A stretch of DNA of 64,000 bases from Acidobacteriota bacterium (GTDB lineage Bacteria > Acidobacteriota > Thermoanaerobaculia > Gp7-AA8). The DNA is taken from positions 256,001 through 320,000 of the forward strand of contig JAFATB010000025.1 in assembly GCA_019244185.1 (NCBI GenBank), read 5' to 3'. Positions 16,971 through 26,893 of this stretch are shown here, one piece after another (within the stretch, counting starts at the first letter, position 1; each line of letters begins with the position of its first letter). The position numbers and the translations under genes are program-made. The notes under the pieces are model-generated. The model was not told the DNA's origin. It did no database searches and saw nothing but the letters and a program-made list of their open reading frames with translations.

Positions 16971-19625
16971 ATGTCCGACCAACCGTTCCGGATCGTCGTA
17001 CTGGAGAGGCTCGCCCTGATGGGGCCGAACCTCTACGCCCACCGCCCCTGCATCAAGTGGAAGATCGACATCGGCGCGTTCGAAGAACGTCCGACGAACA
17101 CGATCCCCGGCTTCGCGGAAGCGATCGAGCGCCTGCTGCCGTCGCTCGAAGAGCACCGCTGCTCCGAGGGCGTGCGCGGCGGCTTTTTCTCCCGGCTCGA
17201 AGAAGGCACGTGGCTCGGGCACGTGATGGAGCACGTCGCCCTAGGCCTGCAGAACGTCATCGGCATCGACGCGGGCTTCGGCCGCGCGCGCGACGGCGGC
17301 GGCTACGGCATCTACAACGTCATCTACGAATGTGAAGAGCGCGAGACCGGCATCGCCGCGGGCGAGATCGCCATCGAGATGATCGAGACGCTCGTCGCCG
17401 GCGCGACGTTCCCGCTCGACGAACACCTCGCGCGCCTCCGCCGCATCTACGACCGCAATTCGCTCGGACCGTCGACGCGCGCGATCGTCGACGCCGCCGT
17501 GCGCCGCGGCATTCCGTACATGCGCCTCGACGAGTGGAACCTCGTGCAGCTCGGCTACGGCGCGAACGCGAAGAAGATTCAGGCCACCATCGCCTCGACC
17601 ACGCGCTACCTCGGCGTCGACATCGCCGGCGACAAGGACAAGACCAAAGCGATCCTCGGCTTTCACGGCGTGCCCGTGCCGTCCGGCGACTACACGCGCC
17701 ACGTCGACGAGGCGCTGCGCATCGCGAACCGCATCGGCTGGCCGGTCGTGGTCAAGCCGCTCGACGCCTCGCAGGGACGCGGCATCGTCACCAACATCCG
17801 CAACGAGGAAGAGCTGCGCATCGCCTTCGATGACGCCAAGCAATACCGCTCGTCGGTCATCGTCGAGCGCTTTCTCGCGGGCCGCGACTTCCGCATGCTC
17901 GTCATCGATAACCGCTTCATCGCCGCGGCCGAACGCGTGCCCGCGCACGTCATCGGCAACGGCACGCATACCGTCGCCGAGCTCGTCGACCTCGCGAACC
18001 ACGATCCGCGCCGCGGCGAAGGACACGAGAAGGTGCTGACGAAGATCAAGATCGACGACAGCACGCATCGCCTGCTCGCGCTGCGCGGACTCTCGCTCGA
18101 CGCCGTTCCCGAACGCGACCGCGTCGTCGAGCTGAAGACCACCGCGAACCTCTCCACCGGCGGCACGTCCATCGACGTGACCGACCGCGTGCATCCGGCG
18201 AACATCGAGCTCGCCGAGCGCATCGCCTGTCTCGTCGGCCTCGACATCTGCGGCATCGACATCGTCGCGCCCGACCTCGAAACGCCGCTGATCGAAAACG
18301 ACGGTGGTGTCGTCGAGGTGAACGCGGCGCCGGGATTCCGCATGCATCTCGCGCCGACGATCGGCAAGCCGCGCCCGGTCGGCGAAGCGGTCGTGGACAT
18401 GCTCTTCCCGCCGGGCACCGAGTCGCGCATCCCGATCATCACCATCACCGGCACGAACGGCAAAACGACCACCGCGCGCCTCTGCGCGCACATCGCCAAG
18501 ATGGCCGGCAAGAGCGTCGGCCTCACGACGAGCGACGGCATCTACATCCGCAATCAGCTCGTGCAGAAAGGCGACACGACCGGTCCCGCGTCCGCGCAGG
18601 TGGTGCTGCGCGATCCGTCCGTGAATTTCGCGGTGCTCGAGACCGCGCGCGGCGGCATCCTCCGCGCCGGCGTCGCCTACGACTGGTCGAACGCCGCCGT
18701 CGTGACGAACATCGCCGAAGACCACCTCGGCCTCAAGGACATCAACACGCTCGAAGATCTCGCGCACGTGAAGGCGGTGACCGTCGAGCGCGTCGAGCCG
18801 CAGGGCTACGCGATTCTCAACGCGGAAGACGACATGACGCCGGTCATCCGCAAGCACGCCGACTGTCGCCTCGCGTTCTTCTCGCTCGATCCGAACAACG
18901 CCGTCTTCCGCACGCACGTCGACGAGAACGGCCTCGGCGCCACGATCGAGAACGGCTGGCTGATGCTGTACGAAAACGGCCTGCGCGTGCCGCTCTGCGA
19001 ACAGCAGCGCGTGCCGATCGCCTTCGGCGGCAAGGCGCGCTTCAACCTCGCCAACGCGCTCGCGGCCGTGCTGGCGACGGTCGCGACGAACATTCACGTG
19101 AGCGACATCGTCACCGGCCTGCAGTCGTTCTTCCATTCGCCCGACACCACGCCGGGCCGTCTCAACGTGATCGAGTTCGACGGCTTCAGCGTGATGATCG
19201 ACTACGCGCACAACGCGCACGGCCTCCGCGCCGTCAGCGAGTTCGCGCAGGCGATGCGCCGCGGCCGGCTCGTCTGCGTCGTCGGGCTTCCCGGCGACCG
19301 CCGCGACGCCGACATCCGCGAGGCCGCCCGCGTCGTCGGCCGCGCGTTCGATCGCGTGATCGTGCGCGACGACATCGATCTCCGCGGACGCAAACCGGGC
19401 GAGGTCGCGAAGCTGATCCGCGAAGGTCTCGTCGCCGCCGGACTGCGCGAGTCCGACATCATCGACGAACCGGAGGAGGCGGATGCCATCGCGCTCGCCG
19501 TGCGCACCGCCGAGTCGGGCGATCTCATCGTCTACATCGCCGACAAGCCGGAGCTCGCCGCGCAGTTCGTGGCCAGCCTGCGCCAGGCCGCGCCGTCCGC
19601 CGCCGCGCTCTCGCCAGCATCCTGA
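16971..19625 (+). CDS. cphA: cyanophycin synthetase
   Basis: N domain (GTWLGHVMEH), ATP-grasp (VVKPLD, ANLSTGG, EVNAAPGFRMH), Mur ligase domain (ITGTNGKTT, ETARGG, DYAHN). Confidence 0.96.
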   Translation: MSDQPFRIVVLERLALMGPNLYAHRPCIKWKIDIGAFEERPTNTIPGFAEAIERLLPSLEEHRCSEGVRGGFFSRLEEGTWLGHVMEHVALGLQNVIGIDAGFGRARDGGGYGIYNVIYECEERETGIAAGEIAIEMIETLVAGATFPLDEHLARLRRIYDRNSLGPSTRAIVDAAVRRGIPYMRLDEWNLVQLGYGANAKKIQATIASTTRYLGVDIAGDKDKTKAILGFHGVPVPSGDYTRHVDEALRIANRIGWPVVVKPLDASQGRGIVTNIRNEEELRIAFDDAKQYRSSVIVERFLAGRDFRMLVIDNRFIAAAERVPAHVIGNGTHTVAELVDLANHDPRRGEGHEKVLTKIKIDDSTHRLLALRGLSLDAVPERDRVVELKTTANLSTGGTSIDVTDRVHPANIELAERIACLVGLDICGIDIVAPDLETPLIENDGGVVEVNAAPGFRMHLAPTIGKPRPVGEAVVDMLFPPGTESRIPIITITGTNGKTTTARLCAHIAKMAGKSVGLTTSDGIYIRNQLVQKGDTTGPASAQVVLRDPSVNFAVLETARGGILRAGVAYDWSNAAVVTNIAEDHLGLKDINTLEDLAHVKAVTVERVEPQGYAILNAEDDMTPVIRKHADCRLAFFSLDPNNAVFRTHVDENGLGATIENGWLMLYENGLRVPLCEQQRVPIAFGGKARFNLANALAAVLATVATNIHVSDIVTGLQSFFHSPDTTPGRLNVIEFDGFSVMIDYAHNAHGLRAVSEFAQAMRRGRLVCVVGLPGDRRDADIREAARVVGRAFDRVIVRDDIDLRGRKPGEVAKLIREGLVAAGLRESDIIDEPEEADAIALAVRTAESGDLIVYIADKPELAAQFVASLRQAAPSAAALSPAS

Positions 19626-19627
19626 AC

Positions 19628-20668
19628 ATGCTGGTCGTCACGAACGCCGATCTGTACGATCCCGCGCCGCGCGGCCGCACGACGATCGTCGCCGCCGGCG
19701 GCCGCATCGAGAAAATCGGCGAGCTCGACGCCCGCGAGCTCGCCCGCAATCTCGACTGCACGATCGTCGACGCCTCCGGCTGCATCGTCACGCCCGGCCT
19801 CATCGATCCGCACACGCATCTCATCGGCGGCAGCGGCGAGAAAGGCTTCGCGTCCGCGTCCGCACCGATCGACGCATCGGAGCTGCTCGCGAACGGCATC
19901 ACCACCGTCGCCGGTCTCCTCGGCACCGACACGACGACGAAGACGCTTCCCGCGCTCCTCGCGCGCGTCAAAGCGCTGCGCGAGCGCGGCGTCAACGCGC
20001 ACATGTGGACCGGCGGCTACGACGCGCGATTTCTCACGACGAGCGTCCGCGACGACATCATCCTCATCGACGAGATCATCGGCGCCGGCGAGATCGCCAT
20101 CGCGGATCGCCGCGGCGCGCATTTCGACGCGCGCACCCTCGCCCGCCTCGCCAGCGACTGCTACATCGCCGGCACGCTCACCGGCAAAGCCGGCGTGCTG
20201 CACCTGCACACTGGCGAGCTCGCCGAGAAGCTCTCGATCGTCCGCGACGTGCTCGCGTTCGGCGTTCCCACCGCGACGCTCTATCCGACGCACGTGAATC
20301 GCAACGACGCGCTGTTCGCCGACGCGATCGCGCTGACGCGCGACGGCGTCACCGTCGACTGCGACGTCGTCGAGGAAGATCTCGTGCGCTGGCTGCGCGC
20401 GTTCGACGGCGACCGCACGCGCCTCACGATCTCGACCGACGCGCCGATCGGCCGCGTCGGCGCGCTGCTCGAACAGCTCCGCGCCGCCATGCGCGACGCG
20501 TCGTGGCCGCGCGAAGACGTGCTCGCGCTCGCGACGCGCAACCCGGCACGCGTGCTGAACCTCCGCGATGCCGGCGTCGTCGCGGAAGGCAACCGCGCCG
20601 ACCTGCTGCTGCTCGACGCGCAGACGTACGAGCTGCGGCACACGATCGCGGGAGGAGTGCTGCAGTGA
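19628..20668 (+). CDS. iadA: isoaspartyl dipeptidase (amidohydrolase)
   Basis: PGLIDPHTHLIGGSGE, GLLGTD, GEIAIADRR, PTHVNRN. Confidence 0.85.
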   Translation: MLVVTNADLYDPAPRGRTTIVAAGGRIEKIGELDARELARNLDCTIVDASGCIVTPGLIDPHTHLIGGSGEKGFASASAPIDASELLANGITTVAGLLGTDTTTKTLPALLARVKALRERGVNAHMWTGGYDARFLTTSVRDDIILIDEIIGAGEIAIADRRGAHFDARTLARLASDCYIAGTLTGKAGVLHLHTGELAEKLSIVRDVLAFGVPTATLYPTHVNRNDALFADAIALTRDGVTVDCDVVEEDLVRWLRAFDGDRTRLTISTDAPIGRVGALLEQLRAAMRDASWPREDVLALATRNPARVLNLRDAGVVAEGNRADLLLLDAQTYELRHTIAGGVLQ

Positions 20669-21534
20669 CGACGAAACGCAAAACGAGCTACGACCGCGCG
20701 GAGCGGAAGATCGGCCGCCTCCTCGTCATCGGCGGCAACGAGGACAAGGACGAGGACAGCATGACGATCCTCCCGCACTTTGTGAAGATGTGCGGCGGCA
20801 AACGCGCGCGCATCCTCGTCTGCGGCACGCCCTCCAAAGAAGTCGAAGAGAAGGAACGCACCTACCGGAAGCTCTTTGAGAAGATCGGCGTCGCGGAAGT
20901 CATGGAGCCCGACGTCACGCGCCGCTACGACGGCGACAACGAGGAGCTCGTCGAGATGGTCCGTCGCGCCACCGGCGTCTTCTTCACCGGCGGCGATCAG
21001 CTGCGCCTCACCGCCATCGTCGCCGGCACGCCGTTCGGCAACGAGATCCGCCACCGCGTGTTCAACGAAGGTCTCGTCGCCGGCGGCACGAGCGCCGGCG
21101 CCGCCGCGATGAGCTCGACGATGATCATCAGCGGCAATTCGAAAGGCACCGTGCGCCGCGCCGACGTCGGCCTCGCTCCGGGCCTCGGCTACTGGCGCGA
21201 TACCGTCGTCGACACGCACTTCGCGCAGCGCGGCCGCGTGAGCCGCATGCTGGTGATCTTCGCGCACAACCCGCAGATCCTCGGCGTCGGCATCGATGAA
21301 GACACCGCCGTCGAGGTCCACCCCGGCGAGCGCTTCACCGTCATCGGCAACGGCGCCGTCTTCGTCTTCGACGGCACCGTCACGTACTCGAACGCGCCCG
21401 ACGCCGGCGATGACGACGTCCTCGCCATGACCGACTCGATGATGCACGTCCTCCCCGCCGGCTACAGCTTCGACCTTCGCACGAAACGCCCGATCCTGCC
21501 GAACGGCGAGATCGTGCCGGCGAAGGCGAGCTGA
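20665..21534 (+). CDS. cphB: cyanophycinase
   Basis: GTG overlaps the upstream TGA; IGGNEDK, FFTGGDQ, GTSAGA, DTHF, GIDEDT. Confidence 0.93.
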   Translation: MTTKRKTSYDRAERKIGRLLVIGGNEDKDEDSMTILPHFVKMCGGKRARILVCGTPSKEVEEKERTYRKLFEKIGVAEVMEPDVTRRYDGDNEELVEMVRRATGVFFTGGDQLRLTAIVAGTPFGNEIRHRVFNEGLVAGGTSAGAAAMSSTMIISGNSKGTVRRADVGLAPGLGYWRDTVVDTHFAQRGRVSRMLVIFAHNPQILGVGIDEDTAVEVHPGERFTVIGNGAVFVFDGTVTYSNAPDAGDDDVLAMTDSMMHVLPAGYSFDLRTKRPILPNGEIVPAKAS

Positions 21535-21539
21535 CGCGG

Positions 21540-21561
21540 GACGGACGCAAACGCGTCCGTC
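21540..21561. terminator. hairpin between convergent genes
   Basis: GACGGACGC-AAAC-GCGTCCGTC; no U-tract. Confidence 0.45.
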
Positions 21562-23038
21562 ACCGCCGCGGAATGCCCATCGGGAAGTCGAACAGTTTCT
21601 TCGGGTCGTAGCGCGTTTTGATGTCGCGCAGCCGGTCGAAGTTGTCTCCGTAGTACTCCTTCATCAGCTCGACAGGGTCGGTGGTGTCGACGCGATCGCG
21701 GTCGGGAAAGTTGATGAACGCACCGTCGGTCAACAGTTTCATGCCGTCGCGAAACCGATTCACCCACTCGCAGCACTTCGCATCGAGATCGGGCGTGTTC
21801 CACCACGCCTGGTACTGGATGAGGAACGGCTTGCGCCGGTAGGCGAAGGAGCTCCACGTGTCGCGGTTGCGGTCTTCGTCGTTGCGCACGACGCCGCCGA
21901 GGGAGTGAAGGCTGACGTAGCGGCGAGCGTTGGGGAGCGAGGTGGCGTTGATGCGCGTGACGAGCTCATAGCGTCCGGCTGTTTGATCGAAGTTGTCGAC
22001 CGGATAGGCGGACGAGATCTTGTGGCGGAAGAAGGAACCGTTGCACGTGTTGCCGAGATCGACGCCGTCCTGCTGCGGAGGACCTGCCTGGTATTCCGCG
22101 GGCGTGAAGAAGTTTCTCGGTGCCGGGCGCGGATCGGGCGGCCACGTCGCAATGGTCTGACAGGAGAAGTTTCCGATGCTGAACGTCGTCGGCAGCAGGC
22201 GCTTCAGGTTCTCGATGAGCTCGGGCTTGGCGCCGATGAAGTTTCCCTGGATGAGCGTCGGCTGGTCGATCGGTTCCGTGCCCGGAGCGATGAGGCGGCA
22301 GAACGTCGTCAGCCGGTATTCATCGTCGTCCGGGAAGCAGAGCCACTCCTCCAGCACATCGGACATGCGCCTACGATCCGGCCAGGTCATGGTGAATTGG
22401 GTGATGAATCTCTGCTGGTTGCCGATGCCGTACTTGTACGGCGGCACCTTGAACGTGAATTCCGTGGCGATGCCGAAGTTCCCGCCGCCTCCCCCGCAGA
22501 CGGCCCAGAAGAGGTCGTGGTTCGGATCGTCCGCGGCGCCCTTGACGGTCGTCATCGTGAAGGCGTCCGTTTTCGCGTCGTAGATCGCCATGCGGAACTG
22601 AGCCACCGAGTCGCACGTGAGGCCGGCGGCGCGGCTGAAGAGTCCCCATCCGCCGCCCTGCACCAACCCGCCGACGTGTACGTCACGACACGCGCCGCCG
22701 GGAAAGATGAAGCCGTACGGCAGCACCGTGTCGTAGATGTCGCCGAGCCGCGCACCGGCGCCGACGGTGACCAACGACTTGTCCGCATCGACGATGATCC
22801 GCCTCAGGCTCGAGACGTCGATCATCCAGACGTCGTCGCCGGAGCACATCCCCTCGTGATGATGTCCGCCCGCGCGCACGCGGATGCCGCAGTGTTCTGC
22901 GCGCGCTTTGGCGATGGCGTCGAGGACATCCTGCTCGCTGTCGCAGAACGCGATCGCCTTCGGCTTGTAATCGATGCGCGCATTCGAGATGCGCCGGTCG
23001 CAGTCGTAGCCGTTCTCTCCCTTGCGGACGATGCGCAT
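21560..23038 (-). CDS. FAD-linked oxidase (berberine bridge enzyme-like)
   Basis: RAGGHHHEG, GACRDVHVGG, GGGGNFGI, FINFPD, YYGDNFDRLRDIKTRYDP. Confidence 0.9.
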   Translation of the reverse strand: MRIVRKGENGYDCDRRISNARIDYKPKAIAFCDSEQDVLDAIAKARAEHCGIRVRAGGHHHEGMCSGDDVWMIDVSSLRRIIVDADKSLVTVGAGARLGDIYDTVLPYGFIFPGGACRDVHVGGLVQGGGWGLFSRAAGLTCDSVAQFRMAIYDAKTDAFTMTTVKGAADDPNHDLFWAVCGGGGGNFGIATEFTFKVPPYKYGIGNQQRFITQFTMTWPDRRRMSDVLEEWLCFPDDDEYRLTTFCRLIAPGTEPIDQPTLIQGNFIGAKPELIENLKRLLPTTFSIGNFSCQTIATWPPDPRPAPRNFFTPAEYQAGPPQQDGVDLGNTCNGSFFRHKISSAYPVDNFDQTAGRYELVTRINATSLPNARRYVSLHSLGGVVRNDEDRNRDTWSSFAYRRKPFLIQYQAWWNTPDLDAKCCEWVNRFRDGMKLLTDGAFINFPDRDRVDTTDPVELMKEYYGDNFDRLRDIKTRYDPKKLFDFPMGIPRR

Positions 23039-23139
23039 GCAGTCCTCCTCCTCAGTCGCAACCCTTCGTGGAAGGCCATAGCCTAGCCGGAGGTGCGTCT
23101 GGGAGGAAGGACATTCTTCCGGGGTCCATTCAGGGCAGC

Positions 23140-23198
23140 CGCACGTGCAAACCGGCTATGCCCTTGAGCGCAGCCGGCCGCGCCGGCCCGCCGGAGGC
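23140..23198. repeat. degenerate single copy of the 8944-9088 repeat arm
   Basis: GGCTATGCCCTTGAGCGCAGCCGGCCGCGCCGGCCCGCCGGAGGC matches the repeat arm. Confidence 0.7.
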
Positions 23199-23216
23199 GC
23201 TCACGGTCGTCCGTCG

Positions 23217-23966
23217 CTAGTCAGCCACGAACTTCGCGCCGGGACGCAGGATCTGCAGGCGGTAGGAGCGCGCGTGCGTGTCGGTGAGGCGGTGGTCGGG
23301 ATCGACGATCGTCACCTCGCCCGCGCCTTCGACGGTCACGATGCCGTCGCGGTTCCAGACGATGGCCGTGTTCTCGTCGATGCCGATGCCGGTGAGATGG
23401 TGCGCGTTCGCCGCGTGGATGAGGCGCGACAGGCGGCGGCGCTGGCCGAAGTGCTGATCGATGATCGCATTCGGGATCAGGCCGAGACCTTCATCGAAGG
23501 CGACGTGGTCGACGCCGCGCTTGCGGACGCTGTGGGCGATCATGCGCTCGCTGAGAGCCGACGCTCCGGCGCTCGTGCCGGCGTACACCGCGCCGTCGCG
23601 TACGGCCTCGCGGATCGCGTCGACGCAATCGGCGGCGCGGAGGAACGCCATCAGGCGCACCTGATCGCCGCCGGTGACGAAGATGCCGGTCGCGTTGCGG
23701 ATCGCCTCGCGCTCGTCGTTCGTCACGCCGAGCTCGGCGTGCACGGTGCGGACGTCGGTGGCGCCGAGGCGCGTGAACAGCTGCGTGTAACGCTGCGCGC
23801 GCGCGGCGGGCTCGACGGAGGCAGAGGGAATGATGACGATGCGCGCGTTGGCGCCGCCCGCGCGCGAGACGAAGGCGGAGAGGATCGACGCGCGAGCGAC
23901 ACGCTTGTCCTCATTGCCGCCAATGGCCATGACACACCCGTTTCCGATCAATTCTTCCTGGACCAA
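23217..23966 (-). CDS. cphB: second cyanophycinase (peptidase S51)
   Basis: AIGGNEDK, FVTGGDQ, GTSAGA, DQHF, GIDENT; start uncertain. Confidence 0.88.
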   Translation of the reverse strand: MVQEELIGNGCVMAIGGNEDKRVARASILSAFVSRAGGANARIVIIPSASVEPAARAQRYTQLFTRLGATDVRTVHAELGVTNDEREAIRNATGIFVTGGDQVRLMAFLRAADCVDAIREAVRDGAVYAGTSAGASALSERMIAHSVRKRGVDHVAFDEGLGLIPNAIIDQHFGQRRRLSRLIHAANAHHLTGIGIDENTAIVWNRDGIVTVEGAGEVTIVDPDHRLTDTHARSYRLQILRPGAKFVAD

Positions 23967-24000
23967 CCTTTCGACATTGTAAATAACGTCTGCCGAAAAG

Positions 24001-24016
24001 TGGTATTTCAATTGCG
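24001..24016 (+). promoter_or_regulatory. putative sigma54 promoter
   Basis: TGGTATTTCAATTGCG. Confidence 0.6.
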
Positions 24017-24029
24017 GCAGCGAGTTGCC

Positions 24030-25034
24030 ATGGATCAGCTTCGCATCCTCGTCGTCGCCGGCTCGCAGCGTCGCCAGTACAACTGTCCCGGTGTCGACGG
24101 CAAGGCGCGCACGTTCATGAAGCGCCTCGGCGCGCGTCTCGGAACGCGGTTCGCGATCGACGAGCTCGACCTCGCCAACGTCTACGGCAACGCGCGCATC
24201 CAGCCGTGCAACGCGTGCGTCTCGACCTCGATGGCGCTCTGCTGCTGGCCGTGCAACTGCTACGAGAAAGACAACAAAGAAGAGCCCGATCTGCTGTGGG
24301 ATCTCGACGTCTACGCGCGCCTCGATGAGGCGGACGCGTGGGCGATCGTCGGACCGATCAACTGGTACGCGCCGTCATCGAATCTCAAGGCGATGTTCGA
24401 CCGGCTCGTCTGCATGAACGGCGGCAATCCGCGCGAAGAGCTCATCGAGCACAAGAATCCGGAGCTGGCGATGCAGCTCGAGCACAGCGAGCAATGGACG
24501 GAGCTCAGCCGGAATCATCTCGAAGGTCGCACGGCCGCGTTCTTCTGCTACGGCGATGGCGGAGGCGACGAGCTCGACGAGAGCGGACGTCCGAAGAAGC
24601 TGCGGCACAAGGAATGGTTCGATCCGGATGAGGAACCGTTCGCGAACGATCGCGACGCCTACGCTCCGCTCGTCTGGCAGTGCCGCTACAGCGGCATCGA
24701 AGTGCCGGACGCGTTGTGGCGCTACGAAGAGTTCGGCCACGGCAAACCGTACAGCGACAACCAGGCGGAAGACATCGAGGCGCAGACGTTCGGCGCGTTC
24801 GACGCGTGGACCGACGCGCTCGCGGAGCATGTCGCCGCGAAGGGCAAAGTCCCCCCGGGACGCTGGCGCGCGGCCGGCTACGAGCCGCCGAAGCATCGCT
24901 TCGCCGATCTCAAGCTCGCGTGGCGGGACCGGCGGATGCGCGCCGGACATCCGCCGCACGGCAGTTCCCCCGAGGCGCAACAGGAGCGCGGGCTCAACGA
25001 CGACGTCACGTGGCGGCCGAAAGCCGGCTCGTGA
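24030..25034 (+). CDS. iron-sulfur flavoprotein / NADPH-dependent FMN reductase family
   Basis: VVAGSQR, PCNACVSTSMALCCWPCNCY, GPINWY, LKAMFDRL. Confidence 0.8.
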   Translation: MDQLRILVVAGSQRRQYNCPGVDGKARTFMKRLGARLGTRFAIDELDLANVYGNARIQPCNACVSTSMALCCWPCNCYEKDNKEEPDLLWDLDVYARLDEADAWAIVGPINWYAPSSNLKAMFDRLVCMNGGNPREELIEHKNPELAMQLEHSEQWTELSRNHLEGRTAAFFCYGDGGGDELDESGRPKKLRHKEWFDPDEEPFANDRDAYAPLVWQCRYSGIEVPDALWRYEEFGHGKPYSDNQAEDIEAQTFGAFDAWTDALAEHVAAKGKVPPGRWRAAGYEPPKHRFADLKLAWRDRRMRAGHPPHGSSPEAQQERGLNDDVTWRPKAGS

Positions 25035-25058
25035 CGCGCTGCGCCGCACGACGACGCA

Positions 25059-26810
25059 TCACACCATCTCTTTGATCTTGTCCTCGAGGATCGTCTTCAC
25101 GATCTTCCCGCGCGCCGGCTCCCCTTTCGCCAGCGCCTCGGCGAGATGCAGCGCCTGCTCCGGCCTGATCTTGGGCGGCATCGGCGGCTCGTACGGATCG
25201 ATCGCGGCGTCGATGACGACCGGACCCGGCGTTGCGAACGCGCGCGCGAAGACGTCGCTGCATTCCGCCGGCTCGCGTAGCGAGAGGCCGGTGGCGCCGC
25301 ATGCGCGGGCGACCGCGGCGAAGTCGATCGGCTGGAGCTCCGTGCCGTAGTGCGGATTGCCGAGGAAGATCATCTGCTCCCACTGGATCATCCCGAGCTC
25401 GCTGTTGTTCATCACGAGCACGCGCAGCGGCAGCTGATACTTCACCGCCGTCGCGAGCTCGCCCATCAGCATGGTCATGCCGCCGTCGCCGATCACCGCG
25501 ACGGACTGGCGGTCGGGATACGCGATCTGCGCCGCGATCGCGTAAGGCAGTCCGCACGCCATGGATGCGAGCGTGCCCGAGACCGAGTACATCTGCCCGC
25601 GGCGCGCGCGCAGGTGGCGCGCGAACCAGCTCGTGATCGTGCCCGAGTCGCAGGAGACGATCGCGTTGTCGGCGAGATGCCGCGACAGCTCGGCCGCGAC
25701 GAACTGCGGCTTGAGCGGCGTCTCCGCGCGCGCGGCCTCCGTCTCCATCTGCGCGTTCCACTCCTTCATCGACGCCTGCGCCTTCTCGAGAAACGCGCGG
25801 TCGCTCTTGCGCTGCAGCAGCGGGATGAGTTTCTCCAGCGTGCGGCGCGCGTCGCCGACGAGACCGACGTCGACCGGATAGCGCAACGCGATGCGCACGG
25901 GATCGGCGTCGATCTGCACCGCCTTCGCCTGACCCGGCTTCGGCAGGAACTCCATGTACGGGAACGACGTGCCGACGAGCAGCAGCGTGTCGCACGATTC
26001 CATCGCGTCGGTCGACGGACGCGTGCCGAGAAGACCGATGCCGCCGGTGGTGAACGGGCTGTCGTCGGGGATCACGCCTTTGCCGAGAAGCGGCTTGATC
26101 ACCGGCGCGGCGAGGATGTCCGCGAGTTGCTCGATCGCATCACCCGCGCCGAGCGCACCGCGTCCGGCGAGGATCGCGACCTTCCCGCCCGCGTTGAGGA
26201 TCGCGGCCGCGCGCTGCAGGTCGTCATCGCACGGTACGCCTCCGCCGCGCGCGAAGACTTCCGATTGATGGCCGGGGATGTTGCGCGGCGAGCGCGGCCC
26301 GCCTTTCTGCTCCTGCAGGTCGACGGGAAAGTTGAGGTGCGTGACCGTGCGATACGCGAGCGCCATGCGGCACGCGAGGTTCGTGACGTTCTCGACGTGC
26401 GCCGCGCCCATGACGCGCACGCTGTACGCGGCGACGTTCTCGAAGAGCTTGTCGAGATCGACGTCCTGCTGCGAGTACGTGCCGATGAGGTCGTGGTAGT
26501 GATGTCCGGTGATCGCGAGCACCGGCTGCCCGTCGAGCTTCGCGTCGTACAGACCGTTCAGCAGATGAATGCCGCCGGGCCCGGACGTGGCGAGACAGAC
26601 GCCGAGCCGGCCGGTGTACTTCGCGTACGCGCAGGCCATGAACGCGGCCGACTCCTCATGCCGCACCTGCACGAAGCGGATGCGCTCCGCGTGCGTGCGC
26701 AGCGACTCCATGATCCCGTTGATGCCGTCGCCAGGAAGACCGAAGACGGTGTCGACGCCCCAGTCGATGAGCGTCTCGACGAGCAGATCGGCAGCAGTCG
26801 GTGAGGACAT
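25059..26810 (-). CDS. TPP-dependent pyruvate oxidase/dehydrogenase (PoxB-like)
   Basis: FGLPGDGIN, VRHEESAAFMA, TSGPGGIHLLNGLYDA, GDGG...NN. Confidence 0.92.
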   Translation of the reverse strand: MSSPTAADLLVETLIDWGVDTVFGLPGDGINGIMESLRTHAERIRFVQVRHEESAAFMACAYAKYTGRLGVCLATSGPGGIHLLNGLYDAKLDGQPVLAITGHHYHDLIGTYSQQDVDLDKLFENVAAYSVRVMGAAHVENVTNLACRMALAYRTVTHLNFPVDLQEQKGGPRSPRNIPGHQSEVFARGGGVPCDDDLQRAAAILNAGGKVAILAGRGALGAGDAIEQLADILAAPVIKPLLGKGVIPDDSPFTTGGIGLLGTRPSTDAMESCDTLLLVGTSFPYMEFLPKPGQAKAVQIDADPVRIALRYPVDVGLVGDARRTLEKLIPLLQRKSDRAFLEKAQASMKEWNAQMETEAARAETPLKPQFVAAELSRHLADNAIVSCDSGTITSWFARHLRARRGQMYSVSGTLASMACGLPYAIAAQIAYPDRQSVAVIGDGGMTMLMGELATAVKYQLPLRVLVMNNSELGMIQWEQMIFLGNPHYGTELQPIDFAAVARACGATGLSLREPAECSDVFARAFATPGPVVIDAAIDPYEPPMPPKIRPEQALHLAEALAKGEPARGKIVKTILEDKIKEMV

Positions 26811-26893
26811 GCGCGCGTGCGCTGCACGCGGCGTGCACGCGCCGGCGGTGCGATGTGCGACACTCGCTTCCCGTGAGGTCATGCAGCGTAGCG

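Noticed and set aside
23145-24029. N-terminal extension of the 629-aa ORF as a fusion protein
   Set aside because: It is antisense to the second cyanophycinase; the real start is ATG 24030
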